Assembly: GCF_002007645.1 (NCBI RefSeq) | Contig: NZ_CP019791.1 | Coordinates: 2,904,593 to 2,968,592, forward strand | Reading direction: 5' to 3' | Length of the DNA stretch: 64,000 nt | Source of the DNA: Anaerohalosphaera lusitana | GTDB taxonomy: Bacteria; Planctomycetota; Phycisphaerae; Sedimentisphaerales; Anaerohalosphaeraceae | Shown here: in pieces, positions 56,501 to 64,000 of the stretch | Layout: the number at the start of each line of letters is the position of its first letter | Numbering within the stretch: position 1 is the stretch's first letter | Position numbers and translations under genes: made by a program | The notes under the pieces: model-generated | Told to the model about the DNA's origin: nothing | Databases searched by the model: none | Seen by the model: the letters and a program-made list of their open reading frames with translations, nothing else

Positions 56501-56749
56501 CTTCTCCGCCATCAGCTCCAGCGACTTCGTTGCATATGGGATCGAACCATGTACATATCCCTTGCACTTCGTAAACACCAAAAGCTTCCGCCCCTCTTTC
56601 GCCTTCACGACAGGCTCATCCGGCATCGCCTCGCGCATCTTCTCGATCTGTTCCGCAGTCGGCGCCGCCACCGAAACACCAGCCAGAACCACCGACAACC
56701 CCAGACATATCAAAGCTATTCTCATGTGCATCGATCTCATAAACTGCAC
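53597..56749 (-). CDS. Giant exported protein: ThuA-like domain + HEAT/PBS-lyase repeats + C-terminal discoidin domain
   Basis: 1050 aa. N-terminal ThuA-type class-I glutamine-amidotransferase-like fold (LLVFTKCKGYVHGSIP...GHNAHIY). Long array of HEAT-like repeats. C-terminal F5/8-type-C beta-sandwich (DDPGTRWDTG...YLKI). Confidence 0.7.
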   Translation of the reverse strand: MQFMRSMHMRIALICLGLSVVLAGVSVAAPTAEQIEKMREAMPDEPVVKAKEGRKLLVFTKCKGYVHGSIPYATKSLELMAEKTGAFSIVVSNDMKVFRPETLEQFDAVCFNNTTKLTFDEEPGLKKSLMNFVKSGKGVVGIHAATDNFYEWDEAARMMGGVFDGHPWTAGGTWAFEVEDTGSPLTAAFENVKFKDKDEIYRTKQMGLRENCRVLVRLDLTDNVTGSAGGIRPSDVDIPVSWIRSYGDGRVYYCGFGHNAHIYWNAEIMEHLLAGVQFAMGDLEADTTPVAFDPLSLVDFERLEAILAEVGEYEYGQSRAVVYQLDSFLAGLPEAAVMSGEVQKELGEFLKSEASAAGKKVVCEKLSVYGTEDSAGVLAGLLDDDELGDVARYALERIPGESVDKVLVGELEGASGDQAVGLITTIGRRGIEGALSSVAAKLGSSDQKVQAAALIAIGRIGNRDALKVLQEQKDEFSGDAELQEVFVTALLQCADGLAAKGDKDGAVFIYVNVFKSDWSLSQRVAGLSGLIEAAPEYGVEQVVDLLQGDDEEMKSAAIGLVRLAESGDVAASLAAELGGLNDDIKVQLIGVLQDMGERTAAEAITAAAGSEDMEVRVAAVEALGSLGGSEHVKMLAETAAEDAGNVGEVARESLYRLNEAGVNDKIAELAVSDETGADVRVELIGAIEQRKIESAQGELLELAKSDVQDVSLAALKAMRSVGGGDFDELVEIMINADSSRRSRAAGVAVLARSQKDADAEKRAVKALAGGMQDASDPRSAQSILAIMGKIGNDAALPYIREALRSDDDRMVSGAVKALSGWPSTSPADDLLEVARTSESARTRSMAIRGYVNLAKHVKTGAAEMLEKAIEAAERPAEKKYALGVLGGVKSPAALELAESLAGDEAVGEEAKIAVKKIREALAKNVIEAEASRNSGKVGNAFDDDPGTRWDTGRPMKPGDWFMIDLGYAMNVKQIKLDAKGSANDYPRGYEVYASKDKSEWGESVATGEASKPVVEIELDTDQPVRYLKIVQTGSSGSYYWSIHEMDFVFE

Positions 56750-56786
56750 CTCTCTTCAAAGTTAAACGTTCACCCGCACCCTCAAC

Positions 56787-58103
56787 CTACGCAATGTGCC
56801 ACGGACTCCTGAACGGCCTCGAAAGATACCGATTAGCCTGCTCATCATCCACAAACCGTTCCGTATCCGGGTTCCACCTCAGCTTCCGCCTCGTCAGCAT
56901 CGCGATCTCGCCCAGCAGCCCAACACTGATCGACCGATGCGCAACCTCTACAGGCGTAATGGTCTCCTTGCCGCTCCGCACGCAATCCAGGAAATTGCCC
57001 ACGTGGTCATTACTGTCATAAAGCTGTATCTCGTTCGGCAGTATGCTCTCTCGCAGCACCTCCGGCTTCTCGGCCCACAAACCGCCTCTGTTAACATGGA
57101 TCCAGCCCTTTTCACCATACCAGACAACGCCCTGCCCCCTCGGCTGCTGCGACCTGTTCGCGACCACCATCTCCACGCCGTTCTTATACTTGCACCTGAA
57201 CTTGTACGCGATCGGCACATCATAAAGCCCGTCCTTCGGATAAACACCTCGCCCCTCTATCTCCACAGGCCCCGTCCGATCCAGCCCAAGCCCCCAATGC
57301 GCGATATCCACATGGTGCCCCGCCCAGTCGGTCAACTGACCGCCGGAATAATCCATGATCCAACGCCAGTCCCAGTGACAGCTCCCCCGCCCGAAATCCT
57401 GATAGGGCCTCTTCGGAGCCGGCCCGAGCCACATATCCCAGTCAAGCGCATCAGGCACATCAAGCAAAGACTTCGTACCCGTCGCCTTTCCGTCCGGCAG
57501 ACCAACTTCGACATACTTCACATCGCCGATCTTCCCGTTGATCACCAGCTCACACGCCCTGCGGAAATGCTGCTGCGACCGCTGCCAGCTCCCCGTCTGC
57601 CAGACGACGTTGTGCTCCTTGACCGCGTCGCATATCTGCCTGCCTTCCCAGATCGTACGTGCCAGCGGCTTCTGACCGTGAATATGCAGGCCCTTTCTCG
57701 CACACGCCACCGAGATAATACTGTGCCAATGGTCCGGCAGTGCATGAAACACAGCATCAAGATCGTCACGCTCCAATATCTCGCGGTAATCCCGCGTCGT
57801 CGCACAACCCTTGTTGCCGTACTTCTTATCGACAAGCCCCTTCGCACGATTGGCAAACCTGTCATCGACGTCACACACCGCAACAACCTGCACGTTGCTC
57901 CTGCTCAGAAAGTTCCGCAGATCCCCCGTTCCCATGCTGCCGACACCGATACCGCCGACAACTATCCGCTCACTCGGAGCCGCGGCCCAGGCCTTACCCA
58001 TCGCCGTCGCCGGCACGAAATGCGGAAATGCGATCGCCGCCGCACCCGCAGCACCCGCTCTTTTTAAAAACGCCCGCCTGTTAAGCCCGGAACCTTTGCT
58101 CAT
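56787..58103 (-). CDS. Tat-exported Gfo/Idh/MocA family oxidoreductase
   Basis: Twin-arginine signal NRRAFLKRAGAAGAAAIAF; Rossmann VGGIGVGSMG; Gfo/Idh/MocA C-terminal domain. Confidence 0.88.
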   Translation of the reverse strand: MSKGSGLNRRAFLKRAGAAGAAAIAFPHFVPATAMGKAWAAAPSERIVVGGIGVGSMGTGDLRNFLSRSNVQVVAVCDVDDRFANRAKGLVDKKYGNKGCATTRDYREILERDDLDAVFHALPDHWHSIISVACARKGLHIHGQKPLARTIWEGRQICDAVKEHNVVWQTGSWQRSQQHFRRACELVINGKIGDVKYVEVGLPDGKATGTKSLLDVPDALDWDMWLGPAPKRPYQDFGRGSCHWDWRWIMDYSGGQLTDWAGHHVDIAHWGLGLDRTGPVEIEGRGVYPKDGLYDVPIAYKFRCKYKNGVEMVVANRSQQPRGQGVVWYGEKGWIHVNRGGLWAEKPEVLRESILPNEIQLYDSNDHVGNFLDCVRSGKETITPVEVAHRSISVGLLGEIAMLTRRKLRWNPDTERFVDDEQANRYLSRPFRSPWHIA

Positions 58104-58125
58104 GCCAGAACTCCCTTATTAAACC

Positions 58126-59121
58126 CTACTTTTCGTCAAACGCAGCATCAAAAGCAACGCCTGAAGGCTTGAAATCGACATTCTTCACGAAATCACAAGC
58201 CTCCTGGGCCCCATGCAGCCGATCCATACCCGAATCTTCCCACTCGACCGAAAGCGGCCCTTCATAACCTATGACGTTTAAGGCACGGATTATTTCCTCA
58301 AAATCTACTCCGCCGTGACCAAGTGACCGGAAATCCCAGCCGCGCATCGGCTGACCGAAGTTCAAATGGCTCGCCAGGATACCCGTCCGACCGTCCAACT
58401 GCAGCGCAGCATCCTTCATATGTACGTGGTAAATACGGTCCGGGAATTCCTGTATAAACTTCACCGGATCGACCATCTGCCAGTGCAGATGACTCGGATC
58501 GAAATTGAAACCAAATGCCTCACGATTGCCAACAGCCTCAAGCGCCCTCTTAGCCGTCAAAATATCAAAAGCGATCTCCGTCGGATGCACCTCAAGCGCG
58601 AATTTCACCCCGCACTCGTCAAACACGTCCAGGATCGGATTCCATATCTCCGCGAAATATTTAAACCCGTCATCGATCATCTGATCCGACACAGGCGGAA
58701 AACTGTACAGCATATGCCATATAGGCGACCCGGTAAAACCATTCACCACATCCAGCCCGAGATTCTTCGCCGTCCGCGCCGAATTCTTCATCGCCTCGAT
58801 CGCCCACTCGCGTTTCTTATCCGCATCACCAGCACAATCCGCCGGCGCAAACCCGTCCGACCTGCTGTCATCGTTCGGATCACACGTCAACTGCCCCGCC
58901 AGATGATTACTGATCGCAAACAGCTTCAGTCCGTACTTATCCAGTATCGCACGCTGCTTCTTGCAATAGTCCATATCTTCCGCCGCCTTGAAAACGTCCA
59001 TATGGTCGCCCCAGCAAGCCAGCTCGAGCCCGTCATAACCAAAGCCCGCCATCGTCTTCGCAAGTTCTTCCAGCGGCATATCCGCCCACTGTCCCGTAAA
59101 CATAGTAACTGGTCTAGCCAT
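58126..59121 (-). CDS. Cytoplasmic sugar phosphate isomerase/epimerase, xylose isomerase-like TIM barrel
   Basis: 331 aa, no signal peptide. TIM-barrel metal-ligand pattern (E..D..H..E) typical of the AP-endonuclease-2/xylose-isomerase-like superfamily. Confidence 0.8.
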   Translation of the reverse strand: MARPVTMFTGQWADMPLEELAKTMAGFGYDGLELACWGDHMDVFKAAEDMDYCKKQRAILDKYGLKLFAISNHLAGQLTCDPNDDSRSDGFAPADCAGDADKKREWAIEAMKNSARTAKNLGLDVVNGFTGSPIWHMLYSFPPVSDQMIDDGFKYFAEIWNPILDVFDECGVKFALEVHPTEIAFDILTAKRALEAVGNREAFGFNFDPSHLHWQMVDPVKFIQEFPDRIYHVHMKDAALQLDGRTGILASHLNFGQPMRGWDFRSLGHGGVDFEEIIRALNVIGYEGPLSVEWEDSGMDRLHGAQEACDFVKNVDFKPSGVAFDAAFDEK

Positions 59122-59160
59122 TGTAATCTCCTTTCAAAATCCCGAATAAAAAGCAGAAAG

Positions 59161-60330
59161 CTATTTCTTCATAGCCGTCCACTTCTGATCACTCTTTGCA
59201 CTTTCCATAACCGTCTCGATAAAGCTCATGCCCCGCACGCCGTCGCCGACCTTCGGGAAGTCCGAAACCAGAGCATCAGCTTCCTGGCCTTCAAGCTTCG
59301 CCCAGATAGTATCAGCGAAATTGCAGTAGACGTTCGCCATCGCCTCGATAAACGCCTCAGGATGCCCGGGCGGTATTCGACAGCCTCTCGCAGCCGCCGC
59401 ACTCACTTCCTCAACATAAGGATTGCCTCGCCGCCATACCTGCATCGGCCCTTCATTGTCCTTCAGATACAGAGCGTTCGGCTCCTCCTGGTGCCACTCG
59501 ATCGTCTTGTTCTCACCATGCACCCAGATCGACAGCCCGTTCTCCTGACCCGTCGCGATCTGCGTCGCATGCAGTATCCCCTTCACCCCATCTTCGAACC
59601 GCAGCAGACAGTTCACATCATCATCCACTGGTCTGCCTGGCACAAAGCTGGTAATATCCGCACAAATATTCTCTATCTTCAGCCCGGTAATATACTCCGC
59701 CAGATTCTCCGCATGCGTCGCGATATCACCCAGACACCCGGCACCGCTCTGCTTCGGATCCGTCCGCCATGTAGCCTGCTGCAGTCCCGTATCCTCCAGC
59801 TTCGTCGCAAGCCAGCCCTGAATATACCGGACCACAACCTTGCGAACCTTGCCGAAGTCACCGCCCGCAACCAGATCACGCGCCAGCTTCACCATCGGAT
59901 AACCGGTATAGTTATGCATCAGCCCGAACACGACACCATGCTTCTCAACAAGCTTCTCAAGCTCTTTCGCTTCATCAAGCGTGATCGTCATGGGCTTTTC
60001 ACACATCACGTTAAAGCCCGCCTCGATAAAGTCTTTCGCGATTGGAAAGTGAAGATTGTTCGGAACGCAAATAGAAACGAAATCGATCCGCTCACCCTCG
60101 GGCCGCGCCATCTCTCCCTTGATCATGTCCTGGTAAGTGTCATACGCTCGCCCCGGATCCAGACAGAGCTGCTCACCCATCTGGCGTGATTTTGCGGGAT
60201 CGACATCAAACGCCCCCGCCGCGATCTCGATCTTTCCGTCAAGTCTCGCCGCCTTACGGTGCACATCGCCGATAAACGCGTCCGGGCCGCCGCCGACCAT
60301 TCCCATCTTGAGTGTTCTCTCGAATGCCAT
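59161..60330 (-). CDS. Cytoplasmic Gfo/Idh/MocA family oxidoreductase
   Basis: 389 aa, no Tat signal. N-terminal Rossmann, C-terminal alpha/beta domain of the family. First gene downstream of the divergent AraC regulator. Confidence 0.85.
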   Translation of the reverse strand: MAFERTLKMGMVGGGPDAFIGDVHRKAARLDGKIEIAAGAFDVDPAKSRQMGEQLCLDPGRAYDTYQDMIKGEMARPEGERIDFVSICVPNNLHFPIAKDFIEAGFNVMCEKPMTITLDEAKELEKLVEKHGVVFGLMHNYTGYPMVKLARDLVAGGDFGKVRKVVVRYIQGWLATKLEDTGLQQATWRTDPKQSGAGCLGDIATHAENLAEYITGLKIENICADITSFVPGRPVDDDVNCLLRFEDGVKGILHATQIATGQENGLSIWVHGENKTIEWHQEEPNALYLKDNEGPMQVWRRGNPYVEEVSAAAARGCRIPPGHPEAFIEAMANVYCNFADTIWAKLEGQEADALVSDFPKVGDGVRGMSFIETVMESAKSDQKWTAMKK

Positions 60331-60459
60331 TATGAACAGTCTCCTTTCTATATGGGTAGCAAAATTCTGTGCTTGAACTCTAATGCCGTATCTGGTACAA
60401 GTCTACTAAAATTCGCCAGTGGTAGATTTTAAACTTTTCGCCAGGCAAGGAGCAAAAAC

Positions 60460-61497
60460 ATGAAAAGGACCTCCAAACCTCAACCCGCAATTTTTTACGA
60501 TGTAAACGGTACACATCGCGCCGACACCTGCGAACCTCTGCGAAACGCCAAGGCCCGGGGCGACCTCTACCACGCCGCTTTCGCACATGGTACCTATCCC
60601 GGACAAAGAATGCCAGTAAAAATGCTCCCGGAACTTTGTGTCGCCTGCGTCTGGGACGCTAAAGAAGACCAGAATTGGGGCCTTCCAAAACACCGCAACG
60701 AAGGCATTGAACTGGGCTATCTGACTCGCGGAACTCTCGATTTCACCGTCGACGACCAGCATTATGAGCTCAAAGCAGGCGATTTCACCGTCACCCGCCC
60801 CTGGCAGCCCCATACCGTCGGAAACCCCAACGTAGCCGCCAGCCGAATGCACTGGCTGATTTTGGACGTCGGTGTACGTCGCCCCAACGACCCCTGGCAA
60901 TGGCCCGACTGGATCAACTTCTCCGAGCACGATCTCGCAGGCCTGACCAAACTGCTCAGCTTCAACGAACAGCCCGTATGGCGTGGTAACAAACAGATCG
61001 AAAAATGCTTCGAAAAAATTGCTCACCACGTCAGCTCGGACAGCCCGGAAGACGTACAGACCCGCCTCATGCTCTACATTAACGAGCTTTTCCTCGAAGC
61101 CTACGAAATGCTCAAAACAAAACAAATAAAACTGGACGTAAAGCTCGGCAGTACTCAGCGAAGCGTCGAAATGTTCCTCTCGGGCCTCAGCGAACACCTC
61201 GATTACCCCTGGACACTCGAAAGCATGGCCGAACACTGCAACCTCGGCAGAAGCAGATTCGCACACTACTGCAAACGCATCACAAACATGACCGCAGCCG
61301 ACTACCTCGCACACTGCCGCGTCGAAAAATCCAAAGAACTGCTCGCCAACGCCCCCGATGCATCCGTCACCGACATAGCCTTCTCCTGCGGCTTCGAATC
61401 CAGCCAGTATTTCGCAACAGTCTTCAAAAAGAAGACCGGCATATCACCCACACAGTACCGAAAAGTCGAAACCGAACAACAGCAAAAGTCCGCCTGA
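60460..61497 (+). CDS. AraC-family transcriptional regulator (cupin sensor + HTH)
   Basis: 345 aa. N-terminal cupin-like domain, C-terminal AraC double HTH (ADYLAHCRVEKSKELL...ITDIAFSCGFESSQYFATVFKKKTGISPTQYR). AGGAG RBS. Confidence 0.88.
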   Translation: MKRTSKPQPAIFYDVNGTHRADTCEPLRNAKARGDLYHAAFAHGTYPGQRMPVKMLPELCVACVWDAKEDQNWGLPKHRNEGIELGYLTRGTLDFTVDDQHYELKAGDFTVTRPWQPHTVGNPNVAASRMHWLILDVGVRRPNDPWQWPDWINFSEHDLAGLTKLLSFNEQPVWRGNKQIEKCFEKIAHHVSSDSPEDVQTRLMLYINELFLEAYEMLKTKQIKLDVKLGSTQRSVEMFLSGLSEHLDYPWTLESMAEHCNLGRSRFAHYCKRITNMTAADYLAHCRVEKSKELLANAPDASVTDIAFSCGFESSQYFATVFKKKTGISPTQYRKVETEQQQKSA

Positions 61498-61510
61498 CCG
61501 CGCAGGTACC

Positions 61511-62317
61511 TCAGCCGACTTCCTCACCAAGCAGCAGCCGCAAAACTGCGTTCGCCTGGTGATGCGCAGCGATCCCAACCCTCGGCGACATCAGCCCCAC
61601 ACCGAGCCCCGCCCCCGTCTCCATGTCCCCAACCAGGTAAAGATTCTTACCCAGCTTTCGCGTAACCACCGTATTCGACCGCTCGAACCCAGCAACACCC
61701 GCAGCCATCACCAAAGGCGTATCCGAAAACGCCCCCGTAAAACTCTCACACAGCATCGCCTTCTGATCCGCCCCGTCAAACGCCTCACACATCACGTCAA
61801 CCCCGCCGAACACCTCCGCAACGTTCCCTGCCTCGATACGCCCCTGATGACTGATCACCTTCACATAAGGATTGATCCGCTCGATATTCTCCCGCGTCGC
61901 CTCCGTCTTCGTCATCCCGATCTGATCAACAAAATACTGCTGCCTGTTCAGATTGCTAGGCTCGACAACATCAAAATCCGCAACGACCAGCCGCCCGACT
62001 CCAACACGCGCCAGCGCTATCGCTATCGCCGACCCCAATCCCCCAAGCCCTGCGATCCCGACCGTCGCCGCCTTCACCCTCTCATGCACGCCCGGCGTAT
62101 GACGCGCAACCATCAGCCCCTCCAGCTCCCTCCGCCCCGGCAGCTCACCACGCTTGATAAGCACAACCCGGTCCCCCTCCCGCAGCTCGACATCACCCGA
62201 AACCGCAAACCCGTTCACGATTACAACATCAGCATCGAGCTTGAACTGCTCACGAACCTGCTGCACCGAAATACGATCCACAACCTCAAACTGCTTTTCA
62301 TTCACATATATATGCAC
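61511..62317 (-). CDS. ThiS-like ubiquitin-fold domain fused to ThiF/MoeB/HesA-family E1-like adenylyltransferase
   Basis: N-terminal about 60 aa resembles ThiS/MoaD (HIYVNEKQFEV..VIVNGFAV..GDRVVLI). The rest is ThiF-type Rossmann (VGIAGLGGLGSAIAIALARVGVGRLVVADFDVVEPSNLNRQ). Start provisionally at the GTG; the longest ORF reaches 62398. Confidence 0.55.
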   Translation of the reverse strand: MHIYVNEKQFEVVDRISVQQVREQFKLDADVVIVNGFAVSGDVELREGDRVVLIKRGELPGRRELEGLMVARHTPGVHERVKAATVGIAGLGGLGSAIAIALARVGVGRLVVADFDVVEPSNLNRQQYFVDQIGMTKTEATRENIERINPYVKVISHQGRIEAGNVAEVFGGVDVMCEAFDGADQKAMLCESFTGAFSDTPLVMAAGVAGFERSNTVVTRKLGKNLYLVGDMETGAGLGVGLMSPRVGIAAHHQANAVLRLLLGEEVG

Positions 62318-62728
62318 AGATATTACCCATCCGTCAACAAATAAGACATACTCAACCAGCCGAACCGTCTCCGGCCGCACACGCCACCTATACCCCATTT
62401 ACCCCCAAATATCAAGGATAGCTCAAACAGCACAACCACCACCCCAAACAAAAAGCTTTTTCACGCAGCATCCCCAAATGAATGACACACGCTTAATATC
62501 GCACTAACCAGCCGCATAATTTCACAGTTCGCCGAGAATGGACCCTCAAAAAAGTTCGTCGGAGGCGCGGCTGTTAAATTCTGCGGCGGCCACCGCACCA
62601 ATCGCATGAACACCCTTAACATTGTCATTGCGAAGAGCGAAGCGACGTGGCAATCCTATGAACCGGAGCCTGTCAACAGATTCTCGCAAACATTTCTAAA
62701 CATTTTTGTATCCATTCATAAATACAGA

Positions 62729-62783
62729 GTATTTTCCCCTGTGTGCCCCTTCACGACAGCCATGGGGCCGCAGGGGAAAATAC
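62729..62783. other. Strong hairpin (perfect 13-bp stem, 29-nt structured loop) in the noncoding flank of the IS110-family transposase
   Basis: GTATTTTCCCCTG (62729-62741) pairs with CAGGGGAAAATAC (62771-62783). The loop holds an inner GCCCC/GGGGC helix. No T-tract follows on either strand. Confidence 0.6.
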
Positions 62784-62955
62784 GGCGGGACGTATTTCGG
62801 GTTGGCTGCCCACGCTCCTATTCGTGCTCATCACGAAGACGGCACATCAAATTGCCTGCGGTAAAGAGGCCCTATTCTCTCAGACGCGATACCAAGAGGT
62901 TCGCATCGCCACGTACAGGGTCCTCTAAATTCATCCCGCCAACCTTCAATACATC

Positions 62956-64000
62956 CTAAGCCGATTTTCTCATATCAAAACCGCAAGACCGGCCGACAAG
63001 CTCCTCATTAAAAAGCTCACCATTGACCAGCATCGCGCGCATTATACTCAACAGTTTACGAGCCACTGCAACTGCGGCGATCTTGCCGCGACCCTTCTGC
63101 CCGTTCATTACCTTCTCATAAAACGCCTTCAGCGCAGGACTCTTCCTGATAGCCTGCCAGGCACTTTCAACCAGCAGCCAGCGGACAACGCTGGGACCCT
63201 GTTTGCTGATATGCCCGAGTCGACGAGTAGAGCCGCTCTCATCAAGCTTAGGCGTCAAACCAAAATAAGCACAGTACTGTTTCGTTCGTCTGAACCTGCG
63301 TATGTCGTCAGTATAAGCCAGAATTGCTTCAGCAGTGCGTGGCCCAACACCAGGCACACTCATCAGCAGCTTACCGCCACTCTGGCCTGCCAGATACCTG
63401 TCAAGGTAGTTCGTAACCCGCTTGAGCTGCGACTCTAGCATATTCAATTCCTCAAGCATATCCGCAAGACTCATCCGCCAAAGCTGTTCAGCATCAGCTT
63501 CAAAGCACGCAAGACCGCGCATCCATAAACGATTGGCCGACTTCCACCAGCTTCCAGACTCCACGGGCCGACTGAAGCCGTTGGCCTTTATGATCGCCCG
63601 TATGCGATTTTTGACCTGACAGACCCTGCTGACCATCTTCCTGCGGTGCTGGATCGTCACCCGCCATTGACGGACTTCCAGCCTGGGCATATGCACCTTC
63701 GGCACCTCGTCAATGCTGAGCAGAACCGCCTGCTTGCGGGCATCTATCCGGTCGTTCTTCTTGCTCGTGCGGTATATCCAGGTCATCCGTGTCGGATTCG
63801 AGACAGTCACATCCTCGACATGTCCTCTGAGCTGATCGTGCAGATATCCTGCCTGACCGCTGATCTCGAAGGTAAGATGCAGCCGATCACCCCTGCTGCC
63901 TTGCTGTTTGAGAAACTGCTTCATCTTCTCAGGATCCGTCTCAAAGGTCGAGAAACAATCTTTTTGCCTTTTTGAACCACGCATGCCACTGTTTTCTTGC
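62956..64000 (-). CDS. IS110-family transposase (DEDD RuvC-like N-domain + C-terminal Tnp domain), N-terminus beyond window end
   Basis: Collinear with IS110/IS621-type recombinases (LTFEISGQAGY ~ IEATGTY; KNDRIDARK ~ KTDxxDAR; C-terminal SVPGVGPRTAEAILA, YCAYFGLTPKLDESGS). The frame stays open upstream of the ATG at 63984 to the window edge. Confidence 0.8.
   Translation of the reverse strand, partial: QENSGMRGSKRQKDCFSTFETDPEKMKQFLKQQGSRGDRLHLTFEISGQAGYLHDQLRGHVEDVTVSNPTRMTWIYRTSKKNDRIDARKQAVLLSIDEVPKVHMPRLEVRQWRVTIQHRRKMVSRVCQVKNRIRAIIKANGFSRPVESGSWWKSANRLWMRGLACFEADAEQLWRMSLADMLEELNMLESQLKRVTNYLDRYLAGQSGGKLLMSVPGVGPRTAEAILAYTDDIRRFRRTKQYCAYFGLTPKLDESGSTRRLGHISKQGPSVVRWLLVESAWQAIRKSPALKAFYEKVMNGQKGRGKIAAVAVARKLLSIMRAMLVNGELFNEELVGRSCGFDMRKSA

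Larger units (their letters stand above)
62400..64000 (-). mobile_element. Partial IS110-family insertion sequence (transposase plus structured noncoding flank), boundaries not determinable
   Basis: Transposase gene plus 557 bp of ORF-poor flanking DNA containing a 13-bp-stem hairpin. IS110 elements lack classical terminal IRs and TSDs, so I cannot see the ends. Confidence 0.4.

Noticed and set aside
52626-60189. Plus-strand ORFs (282, 242, 512, 423, 607 aa) antisense to the Gfo/ThuA/TIM genes
   Set aside because: All are His/Arg/Pro/Leu-rich antisense frames with no start-site support. Each overlapped gene has clear family signatures and, for three of them, Tat signals.
61559-62344. 261-aa plus-strand ORF antisense to the ThiS-ThiF gene
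   Set aside because: Arg/Pro/His-rich shadow ORF.
62700-62710. Fifth copy of the ACATTTTTGTA core near the IS element
   Set aside because: Only the AT-rich core matches and the flanking palindrome arms are absent. Likely coincidental in AT-rich noncoding DNA; mentioned under the IS finding only.
62606-62959. 117-aa and 61-aa plus-strand ORFs in the IS110 flank
   Set aside because: No RBS and Arg/Ser-rich. The region contains the long hairpin and is more plausibly noncoding (IS end or structured RNA).
1-64000. CRISPR arrays, rRNA genes, phage or defence-system gene signatures
   Set aside because: No short regularly spaced direct repeats and no 16S/23S-like conserved stretches. No nuclease/ATPase/methyltransferase gene sets of known defence systems recognised. 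The only mobile signature is the IS110 transposase at the 3' edge.

Overview
This 64-kb window looks chromosomal and probably comes from a PVC-superphylum (Planctomycetota-like) bacterium. The support is many Tat-signal Gfo/Idh/MocA paralogs, ECF sigma / FecR-type anti-sigma pairs, a ThuA-HEAT-discoidin giant protein, and a type III glutamine synthetase as the only GS. Gene density is high and almost everything is protein-coding. I found no rRNA, tRNA or CRISPR array.

Gene order, 5' to 3':
1. A truncated DedA/TVP38 membrane protein.
2. A nitrogen-assimilation supercluster amtB-glnK-glnN(GSIII)-gltB-gltD. There are sigma54-type -24/-12 promoters in front of amtB and glnN, each preceded about 100 bp upstream by a tandem pair of a 14-bp palindrome (CTACA-N4-TGTAG).
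3. A long minus-strand array E1(alpha-beta fusion)-E2(three lipoyl domains)-rhamnulokinase-PHP domain protein-MDR dehydrogenase-SDR, with lpd divergent.
4. An ECF sigma/anti-sigma pair, MFS transporter, PaaI thioesterase and a beta-propeller glycosidase.
5. A second ECF sigma with a divergent HTH protein, then flotillin and a DEAD-box helicase.
6. A fucI-fucU-exported TIM-barrel operon.
7. A GT2 / ApbE / GT-C / discoidin-lipoprotein module.
8. A large minus-strand carbohydrate island that matches the 3-keto-glycoside (oxidative glycoside cleavage) gene set: three Tat-exported Gfo/Idh/MocA oxidoreductases, xylose-isomerase-like TIM barrels, a TIM-barrel::DUF1080 fusion, a ThuA-HEAT-discoidin protein, GH2, and an AraC regulator. 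One Tat-Gfo gene sits directly upstream of a heptaheme cytochrome c plus a b-type-like membrane protein.
9. A ThiS-ThiF fusion.
10. A 557-bp structured noncoding stretch (13-bp-stem hairpin) flanking an IS110-family transposase that runs off the window end.
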